Virus record (IMG/VR): IMGVR_UViG_3300030118_004474
Location: 1 to 64,000 of that record
Origin: a virus
DNA: 64,000 nt
Reading direction: 5' to 3' (one strand)
Part shown: positions 37,953 to 46,793 of the stretch, piece after piece
Position numbering within the stretch: the first letter of the stretch is position 1
Layout: the number at the start of each line of letters is the position of its first letter
The notes under the pieces: generated by a model
The model's input: only the letters and a program-made list of their open reading frames with translations
The model's database searches: none
Told to the model about the DNA's origin: nothing
Made by a program: the position numbers and the translations under genes

Positions 37953-38179
37953 AAGCATACCAATGCCCTGACTGTGGAAAAACCGACTACATGAAATCCG
38001 TGGAAGAAGAGGTTCACTACTACGACATTCACCCCAATGAAGAGGGCGAAAAAACCTACACGGGACATTCTAATATTGTTGATGGTCGCATTGATTTTAT
38101 TTTGTGCCTGAACTGTGGTAGAGATTTTCAAGAATCCCAGTTGAAAGAAATGGTCGTTGATGCGGAGGAAGATGAATGA
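37949..38179 (+). CDS. Zn-ribbon protein (module 3)
   Basis: CPDCG...CLNCG. Confidence 0.65.
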   Translation: MKAYQCPDCGKTDYMKSVEEEVHYYDIHPNEEGEKTYTGHSNIVDGRIDFILCLNCGRDFQESQLKEMVVDAEEDE

Positions 38180-38361
38180 TTCAAAAGTTGTGTTTCGTTT
38201 GCAAAATACCCATATCAAATCAACTATCAAATACTCATACCTGTAAAAAATTAACCTGTCAGGCTGAGTATCAATACCAACACTATGAGTGGAGACAGGA
38301 ACAAATGGATTACCTATACGGTATTTCATATAAACCAGAAGAAGAGGAGGAAGACGAATGA
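38176..38361 (+). CDS. Small Cys-containing acidic protein (module 3)
   Basis: CFVC...C...C; ATGA coupling. Confidence 0.55.
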   Translation: MIQKLCFVCKIPISNQLSNTHTCKKLTCQAEYQYQHYEWRQEQMDYLYGISYKPEEEEEDE

Positions 38362-38576
38362 TTTCCCACGACGCATTTATGGGCATGACCGATGAACATT
38401 GGTCAATGCAAGACCAACTAATATTTCTTGCTGAAAATGAAGATTGGTGCGACCTATTTTTCAGGGTGATTAAAAAAGAATGGGAAGCCATTGCCGATAC
38501 GATGGAAATTTCTTGTCTTCAAGCATTCGCTAAAAGCAGAGGTTTGAAACTGACATTGTTTGAAGACCCGGAGTGA
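38358..38576 (+). CDS. Hypothetical protein (module 3)
   Basis: GGAGG RBS; ATGA coupling. Confidence 0.55.
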   Translation: MISHDAFMGMTDEHWSMQDQLIFLAENEDWCDLFFRVIKKEWEAIADTMEISCLQAFAKSRGLKLTLFEDPE

Positions 38577-38719
38577 TTTGATGAAATATAATCTATACTA
38601 CGGAATAAGACTTCATTCTTCACATGAAACATTGAGGGATGCAAAAAATGAAAAAAAGCGATTAAACTCACCAAAGGCGGTTGTGATTTTTTATCATGGT
38701 CGTCGTGTGGGATGATTGG

Positions 38720-39050
38720 GCGGAGGGTGGCAAAAAGCGTGATTGCTTGACAATCTGGCTCTGTGCAAAAGGGCTGGTTATTCTCACGTTGTTCAAGGAG
38801 CAAAAGAAGATAACTAATAGTAAATGGTAGGTAGAAACCATATCTGAGTATTGCACGAAAAGATAGAACTATCTACCCCTACATCGTTAGTAATGCGGGG
38901 GCGCAATTTGCGTATCGTTAATTACCGTAAGGGTGAGATGCCCCCATTAGTTTCCTTAATGGAATGTGGTTTGTTAGGATTAAAAAAGGAAAAAGTTTGC
39001 TAATCCGGCTAACATGGGGGTTTTCGGTGCCTCCTTTCCTTTCCACATTC
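38720..39050 (+). ncRNA. Candidate ~330-nt multi-helix non-coding RNA
   Basis: No credible ORF; many helices with G-U pairs on the + strand (see findings). Confidence 0.5.
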
Positions 39051-39079
39051 TATTATTTGATTATTTTTTTTATTTTGGG

Positions 39080-39107
39080 GTGCCTACAAATTATACAACC
39101 ATATGGT
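39080..39107. repeat. Right arm of module 3 (GTGCCTACAAATTAT) plus palindrome 5
   Basis: 39080-39094 is the exact reverse complement of 37605-37619; ACCATATGGT at 39098-39107. Confidence 0.9.
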
Positions 39108-39310
39108 AACTTTGGTAGCCAAAAAAAACATAAAAATAAATGAATGTTTTCAGAATTTTCCAAAAATATTTAAATAACATAACCCACGAGTCATATTTAG
39201 AGCCTCCCAACATGAAATATTCTACCAAACCAATACAAAACTGAAAAAAATAAACAAAAACGCCCCCTAAAATGAAAAAAACCGGCCAAAACGCCCCCGG
39301 AAGTGAAAAA

Positions 39311-40228
39311 ATGTGGTTCAATGTGCTAAAAAACACAGAAAGGAGAGCCGCCTACCGTCAATTTCGCAATACTTTTTTCCCAAAGGGCGAGTTTTACTAC
39401 GATATGTCCACAGTTGAAAAAATTAAAGATACTGAAAAAAGATATAATAAGGGGACGGCCCTTACCGTTATAGTAATAAAGCCAGCAAATGGTCTTTTTA
39501 GGCTTTATTTTAATCCTCTTTATAACAGAATAGTATTGGAAAGCGATGTCGCCAGTATTGCGCCCTATGTTGGATTCATTGCTGGTATGTTTGAGGAAGA
39601 ATATCCGGAATCTTACCAATCCATCAGAGAGGAATTGACTTCTGTTTATAATAATCTGGCACACCCCGATGAAATCGCAGGGAGGGCGGAGCCTGTTCTC
39701 CCTATACCGAAAAGGGTCTTCAGAAAAATGAGGATTATTTTTCAAGAAATTTCAGACACCTTGCAAGAAAGAATAACTACAACTGTTTCAGCCGATTCTA
39801 ATAGAGCAGGTGGCTTATATCCGAGGTACGCACCACGTCCCTTTGACCCACGCCGACTAGTTGACACAATACGTATAATGTTTGATTATAGGCCCCCCAT
39901 GAAAAAAATAATACAAAAATTTGATATGCCTTCAAACGAAAACGATATTCCCAAGGCTATATTACATTCAGTTTATACCCCTTTTATTTCAAATGCTAAA
40001 AGGGAATATCCGGATTTTGTTTGGGGACATATTGTTAATTTTTATGTTGCTTTCGGAGATTTACTGTCAAAACAAATAAAAGGCGATACAAGACTAGAAA
40101 TATTTGATTCAATTATACAATATGACGAAGAGGAAGTAGCGGCATATATATTTCAAATTTGGCAAAGAGAAGACCGTTATAGAAATTTATTACTAGAAAA
40201 TTTACCATATGAAGAATATAATGATTAA
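39311..40228 (+). CDS. Hypothetical protein with leader MWFNVLK
   Basis: Leader nearly identical to that of the gene at 6232. Confidence 0.7.
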   Translation: MWFNVLKNTERRAAYRQFRNTFFPKGEFYYDMSTVEKIKDTEKRYNKGTALTVIVIKPANGLFRLYFNPLYNRIVLESDVASIAPYVGFIAGMFEEEYPESYQSIREELTSVYNNLAHPDEIAGRAEPVLPIPKRVFRKMRIIFQEISDTLQERITTTVSADSNRAGGLYPRYAPRPFDPRRLVDTIRIMFDYRPPMKKIIQKFDMPSNENDIPKAILHSVYTPFISNAKREYPDFVWGHIVNFYVAFGDLLSKQIKGDTRLEIFDSIIQYDEEEVAAYIFQIWQREDRYRNLLLENLPYEEYND

Positions 40229-40319
40229 ATTTACTGTGGGAATAAAAATAAAAAAGAAAAAAAAATTTCGCAAGTGGCAAAAAAATTCCGGGGCAATTTT
40301 TGAAAAAGGGGGTGCAATT

Positions 40320-41465
40320 ATGGGTTGGGAGAATGTAATAAAAAACGCCCAAGACGAAAGGATTCAAGAGATACAAGACCTTGTTAGCGAAATAAAAGAA
40401 AATGAGTTTTATGATGAAGCGGTGCGAATAAGTGGACCGTACACTTTTAGGAGTCACATTATCACAAATAATATATTAGATGATAAGGTTGGGATTAAAG
40501 AAGCCCTCTACAATAATATTACTAAAGCAAAGCCCCAACTTGAGGGTATTGATTATGAAGACATACCCGAACCACTTTTAAACAGGAGTTTTAGGGAAAT
40601 TCGGGATATGCTTAGTAGTTTAAATAAGGCGTTAAAAAATTACCCAACACGCTTAAACAAAATGCAAGCGGCGTATGAAAGACTTATATCCCACCCCGAA
40701 TGGGACGAAAAATATCTAGACAATTCGGAAGCCAGCAAACTTAAAGTAGGGAGTTTCCATGAGGGAGTCGCAAAAATATTTAGGGGCTTGAATCAAGGGG
40801 AAATAAATGAAAAAACGCCTGTGAAAGATTTTGTTGATTTTTATGTGGATGGACCAAAGCGGCGAGATATTATTAGAATTGAAAACGCAATTATAGCGGC
40901 AACCCGTGACTTTTCTACAATTTATTCTAGGTTGAGTTTAAGTAGAAGTATGGGTTTCTTTGAAGATATGGGAAAAACTATGGGCGTTGAGATTAAGCAA
41001 GACCAAAGAGGAAACCCATCCTTTGACCACGGCGGTTTAACTTTTTCATTTGAAGGTAAAACCAGTTTAGTAATAAATGGTGGTCCAACCCGTGTGTCAG
41101 TTTGTGTGGTGTCAAGGAATAAGTCCCTACCCATAGGGGACTATTATGCCCAATTACTTGGAATGGTTGTTGCTAGACCCACGGAACTAGATGTAGTGGA
41201 TTTCGGTATTCAACTCGCTAATATTTTCAAAAAATATGAGAACTATTGGGGTCAATTTACAAGGGCAAAGAGTGGGATTATTATTTATACACCGTTTAGT
41301 AGGGATAATACGGAAAATGTTACATTTATGGGTTTAATAGATTTTTTATATGTATTGACACAGGGTAACATTTATGAAGCCGACCCCGAAATTGCAAAAG
41401 AATTACTACAAGAAATAGAGGGTGCTTTGATGGATTCTTTCGGTTCTACTAGGGGGTTCTTATGA
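40320..41465 (+). CDS. Hypothetical protein with leader MGWENVIK and a CV...PIGD motif
   Basis: GGGGGTG RBS; long ORF. Confidence 0.7.
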   Translation: MGWENVIKNAQDERIQEIQDLVSEIKENEFYDEAVRISGPYTFRSHIITNNILDDKVGIKEALYNNITKAKPQLEGIDYEDIPEPLLNRSFREIRDMLSSLNKALKNYPTRLNKMQAAYERLISHPEWDEKYLDNSEASKLKVGSFHEGVAKIFRGLNQGEINEKTPVKDFVDFYVDGPKRRDIIRIENAIIAATRDFSTIYSRLSLSRSMGFFEDMGKTMGVEIKQDQRGNPSFDHGGLTFSFEGKTSLVINGGPTRVSVCVVSRNKSLPIGDYYAQLLGMVVARPTELDVVDFGIQLANIFKKYENYWGQFTRAKSGIIIYTPFSRDNTENVTFMGLIDFLYVLTQGNIYEADPEIAKELLQEIEGALMDSFGSTRGFL

Positions 41466-42976
41466 TGTGGAAAGATATAATTAAAAAGAATGTAGAAACT
41501 TATATTAAAAGATTTACGGATGTAATAACGTCAAAATATAGAGAACAGGTGGCTTTGCCCTACGCATCAAAGTCGGTGGAAGAAGTAGAAATTGAAAAAA
41601 CTAGGTTTGCAGAACTTATGGAAATTTTAGAAGAGTTTTTAAGAGAATCATACCCAAAGTTAAAAATAAAAAATAGGGAATGGAGTTCTATTAGATATAA
41701 TTTTACTCTTTTACATGATAATCATGCTGGTACTGAATATCGGTCAAGCCAATTTTTTTCAATGCGGGCCGGTAGGTCATTTGTTACAGGATTACTGGCG
41801 ACGGGTATTCACCCAGCATCAATTAGTAATCCAGCATTTTGGGAGGAATCAATACGACAATTTCTTGCTTCAATAAGGGCTTTGGATTTGTTTTGTAGTT
41901 CGGTTCCTTATGAATACATAAGAAGTTATGGTGGTGTAGGAAATGAAATGCACTTTGATATTGGCAACGCAACTATTAAAGTTGATTTAGACGATACATG
42001 TAATAATGCCGGAGAAGTTGCAGGATATGAATTTAGTATGTGTATAGCACCTTCAAGGGAATACGTAGAAACCCCACCTGCTGATAGGTGGTTAACTTAT
42101 TATATGACTTATAGTAATTTAGAAAACATGGAAATTCGTGATATACAATCAATGGAAACAATGGGCCTACCTAATATTATTGGTTCGGTAGCCGCCGGTG
42201 AAGTAACCATTTCGTGTACTTATTGTGATTATTCTGAGATGTTTTCTATAAATAATTTAGGCTATGAAGAAGACTATTGCGATTCTTGCGGAGCCTTACG
42301 CCGTTTGCGAGACATAGAAGATATGACCGCAGAAGAAGATGTGGGCGTTAAGGGAAATTTGGACCCCTCCTACATTGAGTGTCCTTTTGGTCATAATGTA
42401 GAATATTATAGTGGTCAGTTTATATGTGAGGAACACGGAGTCAATATTATAAGTGAAAGAGATTCTTCTTTTGAATATGAAGGTGATATAATAGGTGATT
42501 ATAGAATTTATGACGGTAGGGTTCTTTCCATGCCTGATTTGTATGGACGAGAGACAGTTGATGTACCGTTGACTAATGAAACTCTCAAAAGATATTTTGA
42601 ACTAGAAGAATTATTAGATGAATTCGGTGAGATAAGAGAAATGGCTCTTGAAGCGTGGGGCTTTGAGCAAATGGAAGAAAGAGAAGATTTTTATTATTCC
42701 GAAGAAGAAGGGCTTTATTTAAACACATATGATGATTCGGTATCTGATGAAGCACCATCATTTACAGATGATAGATTTAATAAAATGCGGGGATATATAA
42801 TTGCCTCCGGTATAGATGTTGAAATTAATGACGAAGTTTCCTTTGAAGAGGCCTTAGAGGAAGCCATAGAAAAGGTTGAAGAAATAATTGAATTTACAGA
42901 AATAGATAGTGGGGAAGAATCCGATGCTGTGAAGAACGCAAAAAACCTCCTATCGGCATTACAATCTATGAGATGA
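41462..42976 (+). CDS. Acidic protein with leader MWKDIIK, a CI...PPAD motif and Zn ribbons
   Basis: CTYC...CDSC and CPFGH...CEEH. Confidence 0.7.
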   Translation: MMWKDIIKKNVETYIKRFTDVITSKYREQVALPYASKSVEEVEIEKTRFAELMEILEEFLRESYPKLKIKNREWSSIRYNFTLLHDNHAGTEYRSSQFFSMRAGRSFVTGLLATGIHPASISNPAFWEESIRQFLASIRALDLFCSSVPYEYIRSYGGVGNEMHFDIGNATIKVDLDDTCNNAGEVAGYEFSMCIAPSREYVETPPADRWLTYYMTYSNLENMEIRDIQSMETMGLPNIIGSVAAGEVTISCTYCDYSEMFSINNLGYEEDYCDSCGALRRLRDIEDMTAEEDVGVKGNLDPSYIECPFGHNVEYYSGQFICEEHGVNIISERDSSFEYEGDIIGDYRIYDGRVLSMPDLYGRETVDVPLTNETLKRYFELEELLDEFGEIREMALEAWGFEQMEEREDFYYSEEEGLYLNTYDDSVSDEAPSFTDDRFNKMRGYIIASGIDVEINDEVSFEEALEEAIEKVEEIIEFTEIDSGEESDAVKNAKNLLSALQSMR

Positions 42977-43015
42977 ACAAAAGAATATAAATAGTAATAG
43001 TGGGGATGGTGTATC

Positions 43016-43231
43016 ATGAAGTGGATGGAATTTTTAAAGAAGTCCGATACTACAAGAGAGGATTGGAACTCCGCCATTAAGTCTTTTATTGATGAGGGTA
43101 AAAGATTAGGTGTCCCATTAGATATTATTTCCCTACTTAAAGAAGCGGGGGCCATGACTACATCTTCTTCGGATGCCCACGCTGTAATTAACCCCACTTT
43201 TGGAGATGATGAAGATGACGAAGACGAGTGA
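43016..43231 (+). CDS. Small protein with leader MKWMEFLKKS
   Basis: TATAAATAG upstream; GGTG RBS. Confidence 0.6.
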   Translation: MKWMEFLKKSDTTREDWNSAIKSFIDEGKRLGVPLDIISLLKEAGAMTTSSSDAHAVINPTFGDDEDDEDE

Positions 43232-45014
43232 ATTTTCTTGGAGACAGGAGGAAGCCCGTGCCTTAATGAATAAGTTTAGAGATTTTTGGTCCCAAAATCC
43301 CGGCCAATATGGAATCACCGGAGGAACTGATGCGGGAAGTGGCGAAAGAAACGCAAGAAATCTTTACAATGCTATGGTAAATCATGGCTCCGTTAGTAGA
43401 AAAACAGAAGGCGTTACTAACTTATTTTTTGGAGCAGGTGCAGTTTGGGAAGACTTAGAGGATTTAGTAGAAGATAACTTAATTCTTGAGGATGAGGTAA
43501 AAGATTTTGACCGCCTACAAAAAAGATTAGACAGAATAGAAAACAGCGATAGGGACCCTAGAAATATTATTTTTAACACAGTTATCTCTTACGACAAAGA
43601 AAGCGGCGAGGCAGAACGTGGTAAAGTAAGAGGTCATTTTCTTACACAAGCCTACTGGGATTTTCGTCAAGCAAAAGCAAAAGATACTGGTAATCCTTAC
43701 AACGTAGATAGACCCGACCCCGAATGGACCAATAAAGATAAGAATAAAGCAAAGCCTCCTCTTTGGAGAATTATTTTCGGTAGAAAAAATAGTTTAAGAA
43801 CTCTAATTGATGATATTAAAAAACTCACGGGACCAACCCCGCCTCCGATTGCTCACTTGGATGTAAAAATCAATAGGGGAAAAATTGGTCAACTTGCTAA
43901 TATAACAGAAGTCCAAGAGGCTGTCAGAAGTGTATTGCAAATGCCTTCTATTTACCCAGCAGGTAAAAGTCGCGCCCCTATCAAATCAAAACTTAATGAT
44001 GCTATGGCAGAACAAGTTATTTCCACTAATCCTGAAATTATGAGATTGGTTGGTCCCGACGCAACCGTGCTAGTAGAAAACGAAGGAAGAATCATCAGAA
44101 GAGGTCTAGATGAGTTTCCTGATTATGAAAAAATTAATTCTATCACTTTAAATTTTCCAAGAAATAATATCATTCTAAACAGATTAATTCGTGAAGTTTT
44201 AGGTGATGATATTAAAGAATTTGAACGACCTAACCGAGTAGAGGATGGTCCAATAGGTTTAGTTCTAAAAGCCGACGAAGAGGAATTAATTCGTGAGGCA
44301 AGTTCTATTCTAAAAAACGTTAAATTTAATCTAAGGGATAGCGATAGAGCGGACGATAACTTTCCCAGTAATGACCCTGATATATTCGGATATACTCGTG
44401 AGGATGGAGAGGAAAAGATTAGAGTTAACTTAGATAATATTTTAATATCCTCTATTAGAGAAGAAACGTTAGAGGATTTTAATATGTTTCTTAGACTCGT
44501 AAGAGGACAAGCACAACCCGGAGAGGCAAAACGTTTTGCAGATAATGTGGACGAAAGAGCCTACAATCAACTAATATCAACCCTTAAACATGAATCTATT
44601 CACTTAGCCCAAATTTACGGAGAGCGAAATGAAGAAACAAAAGTGCGCCAACCTTACATAGACTTAGTACAAGCAGTATTAATACAACCCCTAACGGACG
44701 ATATAGAGGAGGAGGATATTACTCATCTATTAATGGAATACTTTAAAGGGTATGCTTACAATTTTATTTATATGGAATTACCCGCTTATTGGGCCGAGGG
44801 AGATAAAACTTGGGGCGAGGCAAAAGAACACATCAAGTATGTTTTCACCCTTGAAGAAAAGTTTATGGAAACATTAAACAGATTAAATAATCTATACGCT
44901 GAAGAATATAATGCTCCTAGATTTACACCGGACTTTTTAGATTCTCTTAAAGCAAGATTTGATATTCTCTTCTCGGAAATAGTTGACTCTTTGGGGGATA
45001 GTAATGCGTCGTAA
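43215..45014 (+). CDS. Two-part protein with a C-terminal zincin (HExxH) metallopeptidase-like domain
   Basis: LKHESIHLAQ...MELPAY. Confidence 0.6.
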   Translation: MTKTSEFSWRQEEARALMNKFRDFWSQNPGQYGITGGTDAGSGERNARNLYNAMVNHGSVSRKTEGVTNLFFGAGAVWEDLEDLVEDNLILEDEVKDFDRLQKRLDRIENSDRDPRNIIFNTVISYDKESGEAERGKVRGHFLTQAYWDFRQAKAKDTGNPYNVDRPDPEWTNKDKNKAKPPLWRIIFGRKNSLRTLIDDIKKLTGPTPPPIAHLDVKINRGKIGQLANITEVQEAVRSVLQMPSIYPAGKSRAPIKSKLNDAMAEQVISTNPEIMRLVGPDATVLVENEGRIIRRGLDEFPDYEKINSITLNFPRNNIILNRLIREVLGDDIKEFERPNRVEDGPIGLVLKADEEELIREASSILKNVKFNLRDSDRADDNFPSNDPDIFGYTREDGEEKIRVNLDNILISSIREETLEDFNMFLRLVRGQAQPGEAKRFADNVDERAYNQLISTLKHESIHLAQIYGERNEETKVRQPYIDLVQAVLIQPLTDDIEEEDITHLLMEYFKGYAYNFIYMELPAYWAEGDKTWGEAKEHIKYVFTLEEKFMETLNRLNNLYAEEYNAPRFTPDFLDSLKARFDILFSEIVDSLGDSNAS

Positions 45015-45669
45015 AGTTTTAAAAACCTGTCCTTTGTGTAGCCACCCTCAAAGAGATGAATTAGAAAAGGATATTTTGGATGGAACAATTACCGCAGGGG
45101 AACTTGACCGTGAAGAAGATTGGAAAGCCGGGACTACTCGTAGGCATATGCAAGAACACTTGGGGGATTATTTAGATAATTCAAACGACTCTTGTACCTT
45201 TTGTGTGGCTCCGAACAGAAAAGACTTGGAGGCGGCTATCTTTGCAGGTTCAATGAAACCTAGCGAAGTTGCTGAATATTTGGGTAGCGGTGTTGACACA
45301 GTTAATTTACATATGAAAAAACACCTAAAACCACTAGTGCAAAAAGCGGCCTCTTTAGAATTGGCTAAAGTTGAAATTGATGAAATTAATATGCTAAGTA
45401 GTAATATTCAAATGCTTCAAGGAAAAGTTCAAGAATTTATTTTTGACAATGATGATTTAGACCATCGCACAATTGACTCGTTGGTTAAATTAAGTAAAGA
45501 AATCCGAGAGTCACTAAAATACGCATTAGAGTTCAAAGGACAATTAGTTCACAAGCGGGAGGAAACTGTCGTCGTGCAACAAATTGAAGTTATCCAAAAG
45601 GTTTTAATAGAACGTTATCCACAGGTATGGAATGAGATACGAGATTCAATAGCGGAGAAATTAGCATGA
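45004..45669 (+). CDS. Tandem Zn-finger/HTH protein, possible terminase small subunit
   Basis: Two CxxC...HxxxH repeats followed by coiled-coil helices. Confidence 0.45.
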   Translation: MRRKVLKTCPLCSHPQRDELEKDILDGTITAGELDREEDWKAGTTRRHMQEHLGDYLDNSNDSCTFCVAPNRKDLEAAIFAGSMKPSEVAEYLGSGVDTVNLHMKKHLKPLVQKAASLELAKVEIDEINMLSSNIQMLQGKVQEFIFDNDDLDHRTIDSLVKLSKEIRESLKYALEFKGQLVHKREETVVVQQIEVIQKVLIERYPQVWNEIRDSIAEKLA

Positions 45670-45851
45670 AATGGAAAGAAGAAATTAAAAAACAAGACGC
45701 TAAGTTGGCTTTAGAAAGTTTATTGCGTGAAATAAATAGAGATATGCAAGCATTAGAACCGATTCCCGAAAAACAATTTACGGCAGACATTATGAGAGTT
45801 AAAACTTCAAGTTATAAAGAACAAGTGGAAAGAATTTTACAAATGATGTGA
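45666..45851 (+). CDS. Small protein with leader MKWKEEIKK
   Basis: ATGA coupling. Confidence 0.6.
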   Translation: MKWKEEIKKQDAKLALESLLREINRDMQALEPIPEKQFTADIMRVKTSSYKEQVERILQMM

Positions 45852-45865
45852 TAGGTAAGATTAGC

Positions 45866-46081
45866 ATGAGTTGGGAAACAATTCTAAAAATTGACTGGCG
45901 AGAAATTGTTGACGAGTTAATGCAACCGGACAATGTTCTTTTTGACTCACTATACATGGAACTCGCTCAAAGGTTAGGGTTTAAGGCTCCCTCTAAGGAC
46001 GAGGTAATTGATTACCTAGAGGATAACTACTCAAGGCATAAAATTTGGAATAATTTATATAGTATTAGTGAGGATGAATAA
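45866..46081 (+). CDS. Small protein with leader MSWETILK
   Basis: ATG at 45866. Confidence 0.6.
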   Translation: MSWETILKIDWREIVDELMQPDNVLFDSLYMELAQRLGFKAPSKDEVIDYLEDNYSRHKIWNNLYSISEDE

Positions 46082-46188
46082 TTAATGACGAGATGTGTTC
46101 TTTTGGACCAATGGTTTGATGCTGAGTCGGAAAAAATTGATGAGAAAGAATCTAAAACAAAGAAATGTTTTGTAACGGGGGAAAGTAA

Positions 46189-46440
46189 ATGACGTGGGAA
46201 GATATTGTTAAGAAAAGAGACATGACCGGAGGCATGAACTCTATCGTTGACTTTATCGCTAGGTTAAAAGAAATTGCCACCGAAATGGAAGAAATTGCCA
46301 AGGAATCATTTTCAGAAGATGCGCCGATAGTTTCATTTAATATACCGGATGCAAAGGACCTATTAGATGACTACAAAAAATTCTCAAAAAGCGTAGAAGT
46401 ATTGTTCCAAAAAATGATAGAGCAGGGGGAGAGAGCATGA
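46189..46440 (+). CDS. Small protein with leader MTWEDIVKK
   Basis: GGGGG RBS. Confidence 0.6.
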   Translation: MTWEDIVKKRDMTGGMNSIVDFIARLKEIATEMEEIAKESFSEDAPIVSFNIPDAKDLLDDYKKFSKSVEVLFQKMIEQGERA

Positions 46441-46793
46441 CAAGATGGTGGGACGTTGTTAAACTTCGCATGGGTCATTTAGAATATCTTATAAGGCAAT
46501 TTACCTCCTTTCACAATACTTCATTAGCGAGAAATTATATTTCTAAAAAAGACAAGTCTCTAGCAGAACAACTTTTTCAAAAAATAATCAACATGTTAAA
46601 TGACCCTAATTTATTTGATAAACTAGATGGTCGGGGAAACCCATTAGCAGACCCCATGAATTCTTATTACTCTTTACTAGTCGCTTCACCACAAATGCAC
46701 CATAAGGACTTCGGGCATCTATATGAAGCCATTTTTGACCAATTAGAAGAAATGCGCCGCCTACAATTAGAAGGGGGCGGCGTAAGTGTTTAA
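46437..46793 (+). CDS. Protein with leader MTRWWDVVK
   Basis: ATGA coupling. Confidence 0.6.
   Translation: MTRWWDVVKLRMGHLEYLIRQFTSFHNTSLARNYISKKDKSLAEQLFQKIINMLNDPNLFDKLDGRGNPLADPMNSYYSLLVASPQMHHKDFGHLYEAIFDQLEEMRRLQLEGGGVSV

Noticed and set aside
37823-38491. 222-aa minus-strand ORF
   Set aside because: Antisense shadow of four coupled + strand ORFs that have good RBSs.
35972-39107. ACCATATGGT repeats as a CRISPR or mini-CRISPR array
   Set aside because: The repeat is only 10-12 bp and the spacing is 86-1500 bp, containing genes.
36026-39107. An integrase or transposase explaining the module array
   Set aside because: None of the ORFs in the window shows tyrosine/serine recombinase, DDE or HUH motifs that I can recognise.
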